From an uncultured bacterium (GTDB taxonomy: Bacteria; Eisenbacteria; RBG-16-71-46; CAIMUX01; VGJL01), in the NCBI GenBank assembly GCA_964575675.1, contig CAZNRY010000002.1, forward strand, positions 2,187 through 66,186: 64,000 bases of DNA. Direction: 5' to 3'. A program made the translations under genes and the position numbers. Below, one piece after another: positions 36,149 to 47,400 of the stretch. Each line of letters opens with the position of its first letter. The stretch's first letter is position 1. The notes under the pieces are model-generated. The model was not told the DNA's origin, searched no databases, and saw only the letters and a list, made by a program, of their open reading frames with translations.

Positions 36149-39100
36149 CGCTTCTTTCGCCGGCGGCGGATCTGAGGCGCGCCCAGTAAACGCCCGCGGG
36201 GGCGGGGCGTCCATCCTCGTCGGTGCCGTCCCAGACCTGCTGTCCCGCGCCGCGGGCGCGCCTGCGGGACGGGAGGAGCGTGCGAACGAGGCGGCCCGAG
36301 ATATCGTAGACCGCTAGATCGCTGTCGCCCGCGCGGGGTAGAGACCAAGAAAGCCCCACGGTCCACGAGAACGGATTGTCGCTCGCCCGGAGGTCGAGGG
36401 CGAGTCTCGGCCCCGAGCGAACTCCCGTCCAGGGGCCGGCGAACTCACCGCCGGCATCCTCGATCCAGTAGAGATAGACGGTTCCCGCGGCCGCGGATGG
36501 GTCGCGGAAGCGGTAGTCGAGCCCGCCAGGGTCGTGGGGAAGAACCGGATCGCGCGAGACGAGAATCGCGTCTGCGCCCGGACGCGGCGAACCGTCGAGA
36601 ACCGTCGGCGCCTCCCTCCAGAGGCGATACGCGCCGCCGGCCCGGTCACTCGGCACGGACCAGCGGAGTTCGAGGGCATCCGGCAGCTCAAAGATCACCC
36701 AGCTCGCGACGGCGACCGGCGTGTAGTCGCCCTCGTAGTGCCAGCTCACCGTTCTGACCCGCACGTCCCAGCTGCGCTGATCCCTGCTGTCGGCGAACGC
36801 GTAACGGATTCGTCCCGCGTCGGCAGCCAGGTTGCCCTGGAGTGTGGCTATCTTCCCCCCAAGAATGCTGACGCTGTAGGGGGCGCCGATCCGGTTGGCG
36901 CGGGCATCGAAGCGCTGCGCGATCACGCGCGCGGAGTCGGCGGAGGTATCCCAGTACGTCACGACGAATCGTCCATCCGGGGCCATCGCCACGCGCGGGT
37001 ACTTCATCCCGGCCGATCCCCCTCCGAGCTGGAAAAACGTTGGTTCATCCGATCGGCCGCCGCCGCTCTTCGCGCTGGGAAGAACGACGAGCAGGCCAAC
37101 GACGCCGCCCCCTGTGTATGGCTCTTCGTCCCAGACGACGACGTAGCGATCGGCCTGGGACGCGACATCGGGATTCGATTGGACGACCGAGCCTCCTTCC
37201 TCAGGGATGCTGATCGGGATGTTTGGCCCGATCTTCGTTCCCGTGGGCCCGATCCTCTGGGCGTAAACGTCAAAGTTGCCCATCCGGTCGTCGAGCCAGG
37301 CGATGACGGTCTCTCCGCCTTCCCCGGAGGAGATGGCGGGGCTGATCTGGGTGGCGCCCGCGTAAGCGCTATCCGCGATGCGGATCGTGTCGCTGTCGGC
37401 CGAGCCATCGACCAGAAAGCGCTGCGCGTAGACGTCCCCGGCGCTGAGCAACGTGCAGGTATCCCACCAGGCCAAGTAGAAGCCGCCGTCCCTCGTGGCC
37501 GCGAAGGCGGGTTGCCCCTGGATGCCCCCGCCGCAGGCGGAGGAGACGAGCGTGTTGCCGCCCACCGGCACGCCGGTCGGATCGTAGATCTGAACCATGA
37601 CCCTCTGGCCGCCGGCGAGAAGCGCCGTCCAGGCTGCGACGAGGGAACCATTCATGGTCGCCCCGAGCGCGGGTCTGTTTCGGATCAAGTCGCGCATGTT
37701 GTCCGCCGGCGCACTGGATGCCCCGCCGCTGATGTCACTGATCCGGAAGGACCCGCCCGCGGGGCGCCCTTCCGCGTCGAGATACGCCCCATAGATCCCC
37801 ATCGTCCCCGAACGGAAGTCCTCCCAAACGACCGCGCCGCGATGATCGGGTAACAAAACGACATCGGGGAATGCCTGGGTCGATGTCCCATCCTTCGGAT
37901 CGAGCGGGGTCGGTGCGCTGAGCGGGTGGCCTTCTGCATCCGCCGTGAGTTGGAAGAGCAACTCCCAACCCTCGCGGGCATCTGACCAGACAAGGCGCGC
38001 GGGCGTTGTGGAGCCGGGTAACAGCGCGAGGTGCCGCGGCGTGAGAGTCTGCCCCGGCGGAGGCGTCGGGTCGTCGACAACGACAATCGACCCGGCCGCG
38101 GTCGAGGGGAGAACCACCTTCCTGGCATGGAAGCGTGCGCTTTGTGCAGGCCCGGCCGTCCAGACGACGAGAACGGAAGTTCCGTCGATCGCAAGCAGCT
38201 CGGGGCCGCGCGGCGTGACGGTCTCCTCTTCGCTCGATATCAAGAAGGATGGCGCCGCGGGGTTCAGATCCGCGTCGAGAAGACGACCGGCGAGGCTGAC
38301 CTCGCCGGAGAGACCTCGTGTCCAGGCGACGAAATAGCCCCCCGTCACACGAACGATTGCCGGCTCCTTCTGGATGACGAGAGGGTCGGATTCGACGATC
38401 CTCGCCTCTGCGATCGCATGGCCGTCCCGATCGAACGCGCGTACTGAGACGCGCGCTGGATCCTGCGAGTCACCCGACCAGGCGACGACCCAACCTGCGG
38501 CCGAAGCGGCCACACGGGGATCGCTCTGCACGTCCTCACCGCCGGGGTCGAGAGAGAAGTTCGAGAGAACCGGTTCGAGGGAAGCGGTGAGGACCTGGCC
38601 CCGCGCCTTCCTGAGCGGGGAGTCTCCTTCCGTCCAGACAATCAGGGCACGATCGCCGGAGACCGCGATGTGGGGAGTCCTCTTGGTGCTGTAGGGACCT
38701 TCCTCGGTCACGACGATCGGGCCAGCGATGATCCCGTCTTGATCGACCAGGGCGGCCCGAACCTCCGGGTGGCCCTCCCGCGAATCGACCCATGTCAGGA
38801 TCGATCGACCGTCGGCAAGCGAGGCGAGGAAGGGCTCGGAGACTTGCTCCGCGTTGACGTCGAAAGAGAAAAGCCCGTAGCCGTCGGTGACCGGCGAGGC
38901 CGGGCCGAGCGGCTCATCCTGAGAGTCGAAGGACCGCACGAAAATCGAACCATACCCCGTGCAGAAGTCGATCCAGGCGGCGGTCCAGGAAGCGTCGGAG
39001 TGAACGGTCGCGGTTCCGTCGCGCTGGTACTCTTGCCCGACCGTCTCCTCGTGGACTCTCCATTCTTCCGGCGGATTCGAAACGGCCGAGGTAGCGAGAA

Positions 39101-39149
39101 TGAACGAGGCCAAGAAGGCAAGGCAGAGGATCGGGCTGAGCGCTCTCAC
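36126..39149 (-). CDS. Large secreted protein (1007 aa) with signal peptide and a T9SS-type (Por_Secre_tail/FlgD-Ig-like) C-terminal sorting domain.
   Basis: N-terminal signal peptide MRALSPILCLAFLASFILATSAVS. C-terminal DLAVYDISGRLVRTL...VWDGTDEDGRPAPAGVYWARLRSAAGERSVKLLRLR matches the T9SS type-A CTD pattern. It converges on and overlaps the dnaE2 3' end by 23 nt. Confidence 0.7.
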   Translation of the reverse strand: MRALSPILCLAFLASFILATSAVSNPPEEWRVHEETVGQEYQRDGTATVHSDASWTAAWIDFCTGYGSIFVRSFDSQDEPLGPASPVTDGYGLFSFDVNAEQVSEPFLASLADGRSILTWVDSREGHPEVRAALVDQDGIIAGPIVVTEEGPYSTKRTPHIAVSGDRALIVWTEGDSPLRKARGQVLTASLEPVLSNFSLDPGGEDVQSDPRVAASAAGWVVAWSGDSQDPARVSVRAFDRDGHAIAEARIVESDPLVIQKEPAIVRVTGGYFVAWTRGLSGEVSLAGRLLDADLNPAAPSFLISSEEETVTPRGPELLAIDGTSVLVVWTAGPAQSARFHARKVVLPSTAAGSIVVVDDPTPPPGQTLTPRHLALLPGSTTPARLVWSDAREGWELLFQLTADAEGHPLSAPTPLDPKDGTSTQAFPDVVLLPDHRGAVVWEDFRSGTMGIYGAYLDAEGRPAGGSFRISDISGGASSAPADNMRDLIRNRPALGATMNGSLVAAWTALLAGGQRVMVQIYDPTGVPVGGNTLVSSACGGGIQGQPAFAATRDGGFYLAWWDTCTLLSAGDVYAQRFLVDGSADSDTIRIADSAYAGATQISPAISSGEGGETVIAWLDDRMGNFDVYAQRIGPTGTKIGPNIPISIPEEGGSVVQSNPDVASQADRYVVVWDEEPYTGGGVVGLLVVLPSAKSGGGRSDEPTFFQLGGGSAGMKYPRVAMAPDGRFVVTYWDTSADSARVIAQRFDARANRIGAPYSVSILGGKIATLQGNLAADAGRIRYAFADSRDQRSWDVRVRTVSWHYEGDYTPVAVASWVIFELPDALELRWSVPSDRAGGAYRLWREAPTVLDGSPRPGADAILVSRDPVLPHDPGGLDYRFRDPSAAAGTVYLYWIEDAGGEFAGPWTGVRSGPRLALDLRASDNPFSWTVGLSWSLPRAGDSDLAVYDISGRLVRTLLPSRRRARGAGQQVWDGTDEDGRPAPAGVYWARLRSAAGERSVKLLRLR

Positions 39150-39363
39150 GGTTCCTCCCGAAGCGAACGCCCCGCACGGAACGCGGGGAAACCAACCCCC
39201 CCAGATCGACGGGCGATCGGTTCGATGAAACCGATCCGCCAGGACTGAGTGTAGGAACGGTCGTCCGGCTCGGGCAAGCAGAGAGTCGCCTCAGGCTCCG
39301 AGCCGCGAACGATGTGGGAGGAACGAATTACCCCCGCGCCGGCGAACCGATCTGTTCGGTGGA

Positions 39364-39951
39364 TCAGACGCCCCTGCGGGCCGCCTCGGCGAGAACTTCC
39401 GCCACACGCAGTGGGGCGTAGAGCGGCACGCCCGACTGCTCGAGCAACTCCCGTCCGCCCTCCTCCCTGTCGACGAGCGCAAGGGCGAGGACGGGGACGG
39501 CGCCCGCCGCGCGCACAGCGTCGACGGCACGCAGGATCGAGCCGCCGCGCGTGACGACATCGTCGAGCACGGCGACCCGCGTTCCCTGCGCGCAATGTCC
39601 CTCGATCTGGCGGCCGGTTCCGTGGTCCTTGGCGGCGGCGCGGACGAGAAAGCCGCGAAGGGAGTGACCGTCGCGCCGCGCCTCGAGAATCAGTCCGGCG
39701 ACGAGGGGGTCGGCCCCAAGGGTCGGACCCCCCACGGCGGTGACGCCGGCGGCACGCAGGGCCGGCCAGAGAACGGCGCATGCGGCGGACAGTCCGTCGG
39801 GATCGAGGGTCGTCTTGCGCAGGTCGAGGTAGTAGTCGCTCCACGCGCCGCTCGACAGGAGGAATCGGCCGCGCTGGAAGGAAAGAGCGAGGATCGCGTC
39901 GAGGAGCTTCTCAGGATTCGTATCCGCATCTGGTTGGGAGTGGATCGACAT
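39364..39951 (-). CDS. pyrE: Orotate phosphoribosyltransferase.
   Basis: PRPP-binding motif VAVLDDVVTRGGS and overall OPRTase pattern. Confidence 0.85.
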   Translation of the reverse strand: MSIHSQPDADTNPEKLLDAILALSFQRGRFLLSSGAWSDYYLDLRKTTLDPDGLSAACAVLWPALRAAGVTAVGGPTLGADPLVAGLILEARRDGHSLRGFLVRAAAKDHGTGRQIEGHCAQGTRVAVLDDVVTRGGSILRAVDAVRAAGAVPVLALALVDREEGGRELLEQSGVPLYAPLRVAEVLAEAARRGV

Positions 39952-40058
39952 GCGCGGAATCTAGATCCGGAGGGGAGGAAACGTCAAGCAGGGGACGCCG
40001 CGGAACCCCGGCGCGACGCCCCCTGCAGGAGAATCGATGTTGGATGCCTGTGCGGGCT

Positions 40059-40604
40059 CTAGCCGATCTCGCCGCCGGCCTGCTCCATCGGCTCGTCGCT
40101 CGAGCCGCTGCGGCCTCCCGAGCCCGACCCGGGGGTGATCTCGTTTCCATCACCCTGCCCTGCCGGTAGGCCGCCGGTCGCGCCTGAGTATGAGAACCGC
40201 ATCATCCCGCCCATTGGGCTCTCATTGTTGCTTGCATCGACGGCCGTCACCCTGAAGATGTACTCGGCGCCGTTGGTCCCGGTGACGGTGAGGGTGTTCT
40301 TCAACAGCAGGCCGTCACCACTCAAGCACGTGTATGAATTGCCCCGCAACGGATCGGGGAAGTAGAGATAAACGCGGTAACCGGCCAGATCCGGCTCCGT
40401 GTTCTTGTCCCATGCGAGGGCGAACTTGCCGTGCATCTGCCAGTCGATCCGAGCGCCGTTCGGGGGAGTGGGCGGCGCCTGGTCGATCGTGCCGGGGCCG
40501 AGGGGCGTATCAGAGCTGTTGCTTCCGCAGCCGCACAGCGTGGCGGCCGCGAAGACGACCATCGCCAAGATGGAAAGGCGAATCGGGTGACGGGAATCGA
40601 ACAT
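40059..40604 (-). CDS. Lipoprotein with fibronectin-III-like domain.
   Basis: Start ATG 40604 with GGAGG 8 nt upstream. Lipobox in MFDSRHPIRLSILAMVVFAAATLCGCGS. FN3-like block DLAGYRVYLYFPD...EYIFRVTAVDASNNES. The track ORF (341 aa) has a spurious upstream extension. Confidence 0.7.
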   Translation of the reverse strand: MFDSRHPIRLSILAMVVFAAATLCGCGSNSSDTPLGPGTIDQAPPTPPNGARIDWQMHGKFALAWDKNTEPDLAGYRVYLYFPDPLRGNSYTCLSGDGLLLKNTLTVTGTNGAEYIFRVTAVDASNNESPMGGMMRFSYSGATGGLPAGQGDGNEITPGSGSGGRSGSSDEPMEQAGGEIG

Positions 40605-40949
40605 TGTAGGGTCCTCCTTCTGCTGGGTCCACGGATCGCCGGGACGACACGTGCCGCGAATCCGAGCTCGATCCCCGACATCTGCAAGCGGCGTGCCGGA
40701 GAAACCGTTGTTCGTGCAGATCCCATGACGTCCATTCGCTGGGGCATGCGGAGGTCGTCGCCGGGCGGCGACGCAGGCCGTAACCTGTGGCAGGTCCTTA
40801 CGATACGGCGTCGCAGGCGAAGCGGGTCTTCGTGTGCCAAATCGTCCGAAGTTCGCCAAGCGCACGATGGTCCGCATCGGTGCGCGGATGGGCCGCGAAG
40901 GCGCTGGCATCCTGCACGATTTCGCCCATCGATTTGCACTTGGCAATGG

Positions 40950-43229
40950 ATGGGCCTTTCGGGTTCCTCCGCGGTGTTGCTCGCCGCGATCGCCTACGGG
41001 GCCCCGCCCGAGTTGCTTCCGCCCCTGCCGAGGGAGATCACCCCCATTGCGACGTTTGGTGAGATCGCTCCGGGCGTCTCCCATCCTGGGATCGACCTCC
41101 CGACGAATGGACGGGTCTCTCCGATCGCCGCCGCATCTGATGGGGAGATTGCGCGAGTGCGCGTTTCAGGCGGGGGATACGGGCGGGCCCTGCACCTCTC
41201 CCTGCCGGATGGCAGGGAGATCGTCTACGCGCACCTCTCTCGGTTCTCGGCGGCCGTTGAGGAATCGTGCGGGGCGATCCAGGTGCGGGGGGGCGCCTAT
41301 GAGTTGGACTGGCATCCTCCGGCGGGCCTCTTCAAGGTCCTTCGGGGCGCGCTGCTTGGGTTTTCGGGAGAGACGGAGGACGGCAGGCCGATTCTTCACC
41401 TGGAGGTCCGCGAAGGCGGGACGCCGCGGAATCCGCTGAGATCGGGCTTCCTCTGGCCCGATCGGATCTCCCCGCGGATCGAGGCCCTGCGATTCGTCCC
41501 CCTGGGCCCTTCGGCGCGCGTCAATGGACGGCTCGCCGCCTGCGACGTGGCGGTCACCCACGGCGTCGGCGCCTTCAGCGGCGTCGCGGCGGTTCTCTGG
41601 GGGCCGGTTGGTTTGATTTGTGAGAGCGCGGACGCGAGCTACGGTCAAAAATCCTCGCCGTGGCAGGTCTGTCTGGAGGTCGACGGGGTTGCGGCCTACT
41701 GCGCCGACGTGGGAATGCGCCTAGGTCCAGGCTGGAACCCCGAGCGCCCGGAGCCCGAAGCGCCGAGTCGCCTCCAACAGCGGCTCTACGACCCGATGGA
41801 GGGGGATCGGGGGCGTCTCGCCTGTGGGAGCGAACTGAAGGAGGGGACGCATCGCATCCGCATCATCTCCCGCGACGCCGCGGCCAACGCCGATACGGTC
41901 GACCTGACCGTCCTCGTTCAACCTACGCCCCGCGTGCGAGAATGGATGGCGCGACCCTTGGAGAAGAGCGCTTGGGATCTCGCGGTCCTCGTCGACCCGG
42001 TGGGCGGGGAAGATCCGGAGAGAATCCGGCTTTGGGTGGATCTAACGGAGGACGGCAGGCGCTTTCCCGTACGAACGCTTCTCGGACATCTCGGCTCGGG
42101 GTGGTTTCTCGGGGAGATTGCTCCCCTCGTGCCTGCCGGCCGAATCGGGCTTCGGGTCCGCCTGCGTACCCCCTCGGGGCTCGAGGCATGGGAAGCGGTG
42201 CAGAGCCTCGATCCGAGCGGGCTCTGCTCGGAGGCCGCTTTCGATACGCCCGTGGTCGTCGGGGCACCGCGGTGGATCACGATGTCGTGGCGGAATGGCT
42301 GCATCCCGTCCCGAGAACCCTCCGCGAGGCTCTTGCTCCGGGGCGCCGTGATCCAGTGCGCGTTCTCCGAGATTCCGCCCGAAGAGAATGACCCGCCGGC
42401 GTGGCGTTTCGCAGCGCCGGCGCGGGGTGGAGCGACCGGCGCCTCGCCGCGATTGGAACTGACCGTCGATGGAAAGCTCCACCGTTGGGATCTGCGGAGC
42501 GTCTTCCTCGCCACGCCGAGGGGCGACCTGATGTGGATCAGTCCGGACAGCGCGTTGACGCTCGAGGTGGCCGCTGGTACTTTCTACAGGCCCGTCTGGT
42601 TGGCCTGGACGCGAACCCTCATGCCCTGGGGTGGGCGGGTCCGGGACGAGGGCCGGATCATCGGCCGCTCCTGGTCCGAGCAGGACGAGGTGCTGGTCGT
42701 GCGGAGCGATGCGCATGTGATCGGGCCCGCCGGCGCCGACATGGATGGACCCTTCCGGGTCTCGCTTCGGCCCCATCGGCAACCTCAGACGGAGGAGGAA
42801 TCGCGCCGACTAAGAGTTTTCGGACGGTCCGCTCCGCTCGGCGCCTGGGAGGCCCGCGCGGGACTCTGGACGGGCAGGTCGGTCGTCGCTGTCGTGGATC
42901 GTCTAGAGGAGTGGATCATTCTCGAGGACCAATCGGAGCCGTGGATCTACGGGATGGATCCAGCGGCGGGGTCGCGGAGGAGCGGGGGCATCGCGGATCT
43001 GCGCGCAAGAATTCGCGAGGAAGGATCGGGAATCCGCGTTGACGAGTTGAAGATCCTGTTGGACGGCAAGAGAGTCCCGGCCGAGTGGAATCCCTGGTCG
43101 CGCAGCATCCGGGCAGCGGCGCCGGGAGCGATCGCACCGGGGGATCATCGCTGGGAAGTTCGCGCGACCGATGAGGCCGGCAACGAGGCGCGCCGAAGCG
43201 CCGAGTTCACACTGATCGACCGGCCATAG
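40950..43229 (+). CDS. Peptidase M23 (LytM-type) domain protein with a long C-terminal extension.
   Basis: M23 signature HPGIDLPTNGRVSPIAAASDGEIARVRVSGGGYGRALHLSLPDGREIVYAHLSRF. The start is uncertain: ATG 40950 is the first in-frame ATG preceding a hydrophobic segment. Confidence 0.65.
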   Translation: MGLSGSSAVLLAAIAYGAPPELLPPLPREITPIATFGEIAPGVSHPGIDLPTNGRVSPIAAASDGEIARVRVSGGGYGRALHLSLPDGREIVYAHLSRFSAAVEESCGAIQVRGGAYELDWHPPAGLFKVLRGALLGFSGETEDGRPILHLEVREGGTPRNPLRSGFLWPDRISPRIEALRFVPLGPSARVNGRLAACDVAVTHGVGAFSGVAAVLWGPVGLICESADASYGQKSSPWQVCLEVDGVAAYCADVGMRLGPGWNPERPEPEAPSRLQQRLYDPMEGDRGRLACGSELKEGTHRIRIISRDAAANADTVDLTVLVQPTPRVREWMARPLEKSAWDLAVLVDPVGGEDPERIRLWVDLTEDGRRFPVRTLLGHLGSGWFLGEIAPLVPAGRIGLRVRLRTPSGLEAWEAVQSLDPSGLCSEAAFDTPVVVGAPRWITMSWRNGCIPSREPSARLLLRGAVIQCAFSEIPPEENDPPAWRFAAPARGGATGASPRLELTVDGKLHRWDLRSVFLATPRGDLMWISPDSALTLEVAAGTFYRPVWLAWTRTLMPWGGRVRDEGRIIGRSWSEQDEVLVVRSDAHVIGPAGADMDGPFRVSLRPHRQPQTEEESRRLRVFGRSAPLGAWEARAGLWTGRSVVAVVDRLEEWIILEDQSEPWIYGMDPAAGSRRSGGIADLRARIREEGSGIRVDELKILLDGKRVPAEWNPWSRSIRAAAPGAIAPGDHRWEVRATDEAGNEARRSAEFTLIDRP

Positions 43230-43237
43230 CGGAAGGA

Positions 43238-44206
43238 GTGGGCATGGAGACCGGGTGGCTCGAGTTCGAGAAGCCGATCATCGAGTTGGAGCAAAAACTC
43301 GATGACCTCCGGGTGTTCGCCGACAAGGAGCACCTCGAGTTCAGCGATGAGCTCCAGAAGTTGGAGGCGCGGGCCGCCAAGCTGCGCGAGGAGACCTACG
43401 CGAATCTGACGACATGGCAGCGCGTGCAGATCGCCCGGCATCCCCGCCGGCCGTACACGATGGATTATGTACAGAGGGTCTTCACCGATTTCACGGAGCT
43501 GCACGGCGACCGGCGCTTCGGCGAAGACCGGGCGATCGTCGGTGGGCTGGCACGGTTCGAAGGGCGACCGGTAATGATCGTCGGGCATCAGAAGGGGAAG
43601 AACACCAAAGAGAACCTTCTACGGAATTTTGGAATGCCCCACCCTGAGGGGTACAGGAAGGCGCTCCGTCTGATGCACATGGCGGAGAAGTTTCGCAACC
43701 CGATCATCTGTTTCATCGACACTCCGGGGGCTTTCCCTGGAATCGGCGCCGAGGAACGCGGACAGGCCGAGGCGATCGCCCGAAACATCATGGAGATCTC
43801 GCTGATCAGGGTTCCGATCCTGATTCTCGTGATCGGCGAGGGGGGATCCGGCGGGGCGCTGGCGATCGCCGTCGGCGACGAGGTCCTCATGTTCGAGAAT
43901 GCGATCTACTCCGTCATATCGCCTGAAGGGTGCGCCGCAATCCTCTGGAAGGACCAGTCGAAGGCGCAGGAGGCGGCCGAAGCGCTCCGTTTGACTGCCA
44001 AGGATCTCGAGGCTCTGGGCGTGATTACCCGGCTCGTCGCCGAACCCCTGGGGGGAGCGCACCGAGGCGTCGATGCGATGGCAGAGACGCTTCGCGGGGA
44101 GATTCGGGCGAGCCTGGATCGGCTGACGGCGCTGCCGACGGACGACCTGCTCCGGCGGCGCCACGAGATGTTCCGGAAGATGGGGGTATTCGCGGAGAAT
44201 CGATAG
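43238..44206 (+). CDS. accA: Acetyl-CoA carboxylase carboxyltransferase subunit alpha.
   Basis: WLEFEKPIIELEQKLDDL, FIDTPGAFPGIGAEERGQAEAIARN, GEGGSGGALAI. GGAAGGAG lies 8 nt upstream. Confidence 0.9.
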   Translation: MGMETGWLEFEKPIIELEQKLDDLRVFADKEHLEFSDELQKLEARAAKLREETYANLTTWQRVQIARHPRRPYTMDYVQRVFTDFTELHGDRRFGEDRAIVGGLARFEGRPVMIVGHQKGKNTKENLLRNFGMPHPEGYRKALRLMHMAEKFRNPIICFIDTPGAFPGIGAEERGQAEAIARNIMEISLIRVPILILVIGEGGSGGALAIAVGDEVLMFENAIYSVISPEGCAAILWKDQSKAQEAAEALRLTAKDLEALGVITRLVAEPLGGAHRGVDAMAETLRGEIRASLDRLTALPTDDLLRRRHEMFRKMGVFAENR

Positions 44207-44220
44207 CGTTCCGGGGTTCG

Positions 44221-44249
44221 TTGACCTCCAGGGGAGCTGTTGTTAGGCT
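44221..44249 (+). promoter_or_regulatory. Candidate sigma70 promoter TTGACC-17-TAGGCT upstream of trm112 and the C25 peptidase.
   Basis: Hexamers and 17-nt spacer seen in sequence, located in the 86-nt accA-trm112 gap. Confidence 0.3.
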
Positions 44250-44292
44250 GGACGCAAGAGTCCCGCGTCCCCGCCGGGCTTAGGGAGGAACG

Positions 44293-44493
44293 ATGCTCTC
44301 GAAGGAACTCTTGGAAATCCTCGTTTGTCCGCGATGCAAGGGAGATCTCGAGTATGACACGGAGCAACAGCGGCTCCGGTGCCATCCCTGCCGCTTGGCC
44401 TACCCGATTCAAGATGACATCCCGATCATGTTGATCGAAGAGGCAGAACCGTTCGACCCGCCGCCCTCCGCCGACTCGAAGGGAGGGTCTTGA
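44293..44493 (+). CDS. Trm112/YcaR-family (UPF0434) small zinc-ribbon protein.
   Basis: 66 aa, [14 protein letters not shown]...[20 protein letters not shown]. Confidence 0.8.
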   Translation: MLSKELLEILVCPRCKGDLEYDTEQQRLRCHPCRLAYPIQDDIPIMLIEEAEPFDPPPSADSKGGS

Positions 44494-44494
44494 T

Positions 44495-47400
44495 CTGCGC
44501 CCCCCGCAGGTCGGTCTTGCCCTCTGTCTCGTCCTCGCAGTGGGCCTCGGGGCGCCGGGGGCGCGCGCATCGATCGAGGGGCTAGAGGAGCCGCAGGCCA
44601 CACCGGACGGCGTGACCTTCGTCCTCTCTGCTCCCGAGGGGACCGGGCGAATCGTCCGGGAGGATGGGGAGTTGCCCCGCCTCGATGTGGCAGGGATCCC
44701 GTCCATCTGCGAGCGCGGGGGTTGGTTGCTCCCTGCGCGATCGGTCTGGGTGGGGATCCCGCGCGAGGGAGGAGTCGAGGTCTCGTTCGATCCTCTCGAC
44801 CGCTCGCCCCTCCGCCTGGATGAGGGCGGCGGTAGTCAGTTGCCCCTCGGGTTGCTTGGGCGCGGTTCCGTAGAGGTAGGGCCTCCCAGTTGGATTCGCA
44901 ATCAGAGGGTCGTCGCCGTGACGTGGATCCCCCTCGTCCCCGCGGCGGGCGATGCCGCGTGGGAGGGCGGGGTCCGAATACGCCTCCGCTTCCAGGGCGC
45001 GAGAGACGCCGCCCCGGCGCCCGTGGGACGGGATTCCTGGGAGCAGCTCTACGCGGATCTCCTCGTCAACTACGAACAGGCCCGCTCCTGGAGGCGCGCG
45101 GGGATCGCCCGCCCGCGGGCGCGGGGCGATTCATTCTCGACGACGGACAATCCCTGGTTCCGCATCGAGGTCGCGAGCCACGGCGTATACGCGATCGAAG
45201 GTGCGGACCTGCAGGCGGCCGGACTGGGGGATCTCTCCCAGATCGTACCCGAGAAGCTCCGGCTCTTCACGGGAAGCGGTCTGAGCCTGCCCGAGGACGC
45301 CTCCGTGGCGGATGTCCCCGCCTGGTTAAACGAGATCGCGATCCACTTGGATGGGATGAACGACGGTCGGTTCGAACCCCAAGACAAGATCCTATTCCGG
45401 GGGCTCGGACCCGACGGCTGGTACGGCGAGTTCGGGCAGCCGGATCACGCCTACGAACGGTACCGGACCGATGAGTTCTCTTCCGTCAACACATACTGGC
45501 TGAGCTGGGGGGACTTCACCGGAGAGGCGCTTCGCTGGACCGAGTCGGCGGGCCTTCCGGTCCCGGATCCGATTCTGACCGAAGCGCGCGCCCGGATCCA
45601 CTATGAGAGGAATCAGATCTGGGATCCGACGCCCTCGGAGATGTCGACCGGCAGCGCCCCTTACCCATCCAATCTGCCGGCTTGGGAGAGATGGTACTGG
45701 CTGCAAGTGATTGCGACGTCCCGCGAGACCCGCTCTCGGATCGACTTCACCGTGCCCGACCCGGTCTCGGGGAGCACGGGGAGATTCCTCGCGCGGGTAT
45801 GGGGGGCATCGTGGGATTTCTCGACCACGTTCAGGGACCACTATGCGCGCCTGATCATCGGAAGCGACTCGGTTGAGGTTTCGTGGGACGACAAGGTCCA
45901 TCGCGATCTCGTGCTGCAGGACCTGCCTCTCGAAGGGGAGGAGCACGAGCTCATCTTGACGGCCCCGTACAAGTCGGATCCGAACCCCAACGTGTTTCGC
46001 CAGGATCGGTGGTACCTCGCGTGGTTCGAGGTCGACTACCAGCGGAAACTCGTCGCGCGGGGTGACAGCCTGGATTTCGTCGTTGATCCCGGCTCTTCGC
46101 GAAGAGGATTTGCGGTGAGCGGGATCTCCGACACGGCCGCAACGGCGATCCTCGATGTCACCGATCCCCTCATGCCCCGCCCGATCGCCCCCGCGTGGGA
46201 GCGGGAAGGCAACTTCCACCGCGCGATTTTTGGGGTTGATCCTCTGGCGAGCGCCGAGCGGCGCATCGCGGTCGTGAACTTGGACGCGGCGCGCACGCCC
46301 CGGATCACGATCGATGCGCCCCCGCCGGCGGGATACTTGCGCGATCGCCGCGATGCCGTCGACTACATCCTGATCACGCACGCATCCTACGGGGAGGCTG
46401 CCGAGATCCTCGCCTCGTGGAGGCGCGAGCACTCGGGGGAAGGGAATGGTTTTCGTGTCGCCATCGTCGACGTGCAGGACATCTACGACGAGTTCTCGGC
46501 CGGCCGGCTCGACCCGACGGCGATCCGCAACTTCCTTCGCGTCGCGTTCGAGCAGTGGAACGGCGGGGACCCCTCCGCCGCTCCAGCCTATGTCCTCCTT
46601 CTGGGGGATACGACCTTCGACTTCCGGGATCGGCTGAAGCAAGGGGCGTGGGTTACGGTGCCGACCTACGAGGGGTTCTATGACGCGAGCCTCATGCGCA
46701 CGGTCTATTCCCCGCAGTTCGCATCGGACGATTGGTTCGTGCTCTACGACCCATTCCCCGATCCTTCGCTCGACATGGCGATCGGGCGGCTGCCCGCCGA
46801 CACGCCCGCGCGCGCGTTGGCGATGGTGGAGAAGGTGCGCAACTACGAGTCGACGCAGGACACGGGGTCCTGGCGGCAGCGGGCTACCTTGGTTGCCGAC
46901 GATGTCTGCCAGGGGCTCCGCTGCGACTATCCCCTCATGTTTACGCACACGCGGCAGACCGAAGCTCTCGCCGACGATGTGCTCCCAGTCGGCCTCGAGC
47001 GTGACCGCGTCTACCTTTACGAGTACGGGAACGAGTGCATCTATGACCGGAAGCCGGTGGCGGCGGCCGCCCTCAGGAAGAGCATCGACGACGGGACCCT
47101 GATCGTTAACTACACGGGGCACGGCAGCGAGGTGCAGCTCGCCGACGAGAAGATCCTTGAGCCGTCCGGCGTGGCCAGCATGACGAATGCCGACCGCCTC
47201 TTCTTCTTCCTCACGGCATCCTGCTCGGTCGGGAAGTTCGATTTTGCGGGAGAAGGACTGAGCGAGGCGTTGGTTCGCAGACCCGGGGGAGGGGCGATCG
47301 CGGCGCTTTCCGCCACGGCCGTTGCCTACTCGCCCAGCAACGCGGAGCTGAACCGACAGTTCTTCCTGGGGACGTTTCCGGATCGCGATTTTGCGCGATC

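Noticed and set aside
40605-40949. 345-nt divergent intergenic region between the FN3 lipoprotein and M23 peptidase genes, including the partial palindrome TTGCACTTGGCAA.
   Set aside because: The arms are not truly complementary. No convincing promoter hexamers or structured element could be defined by eye.
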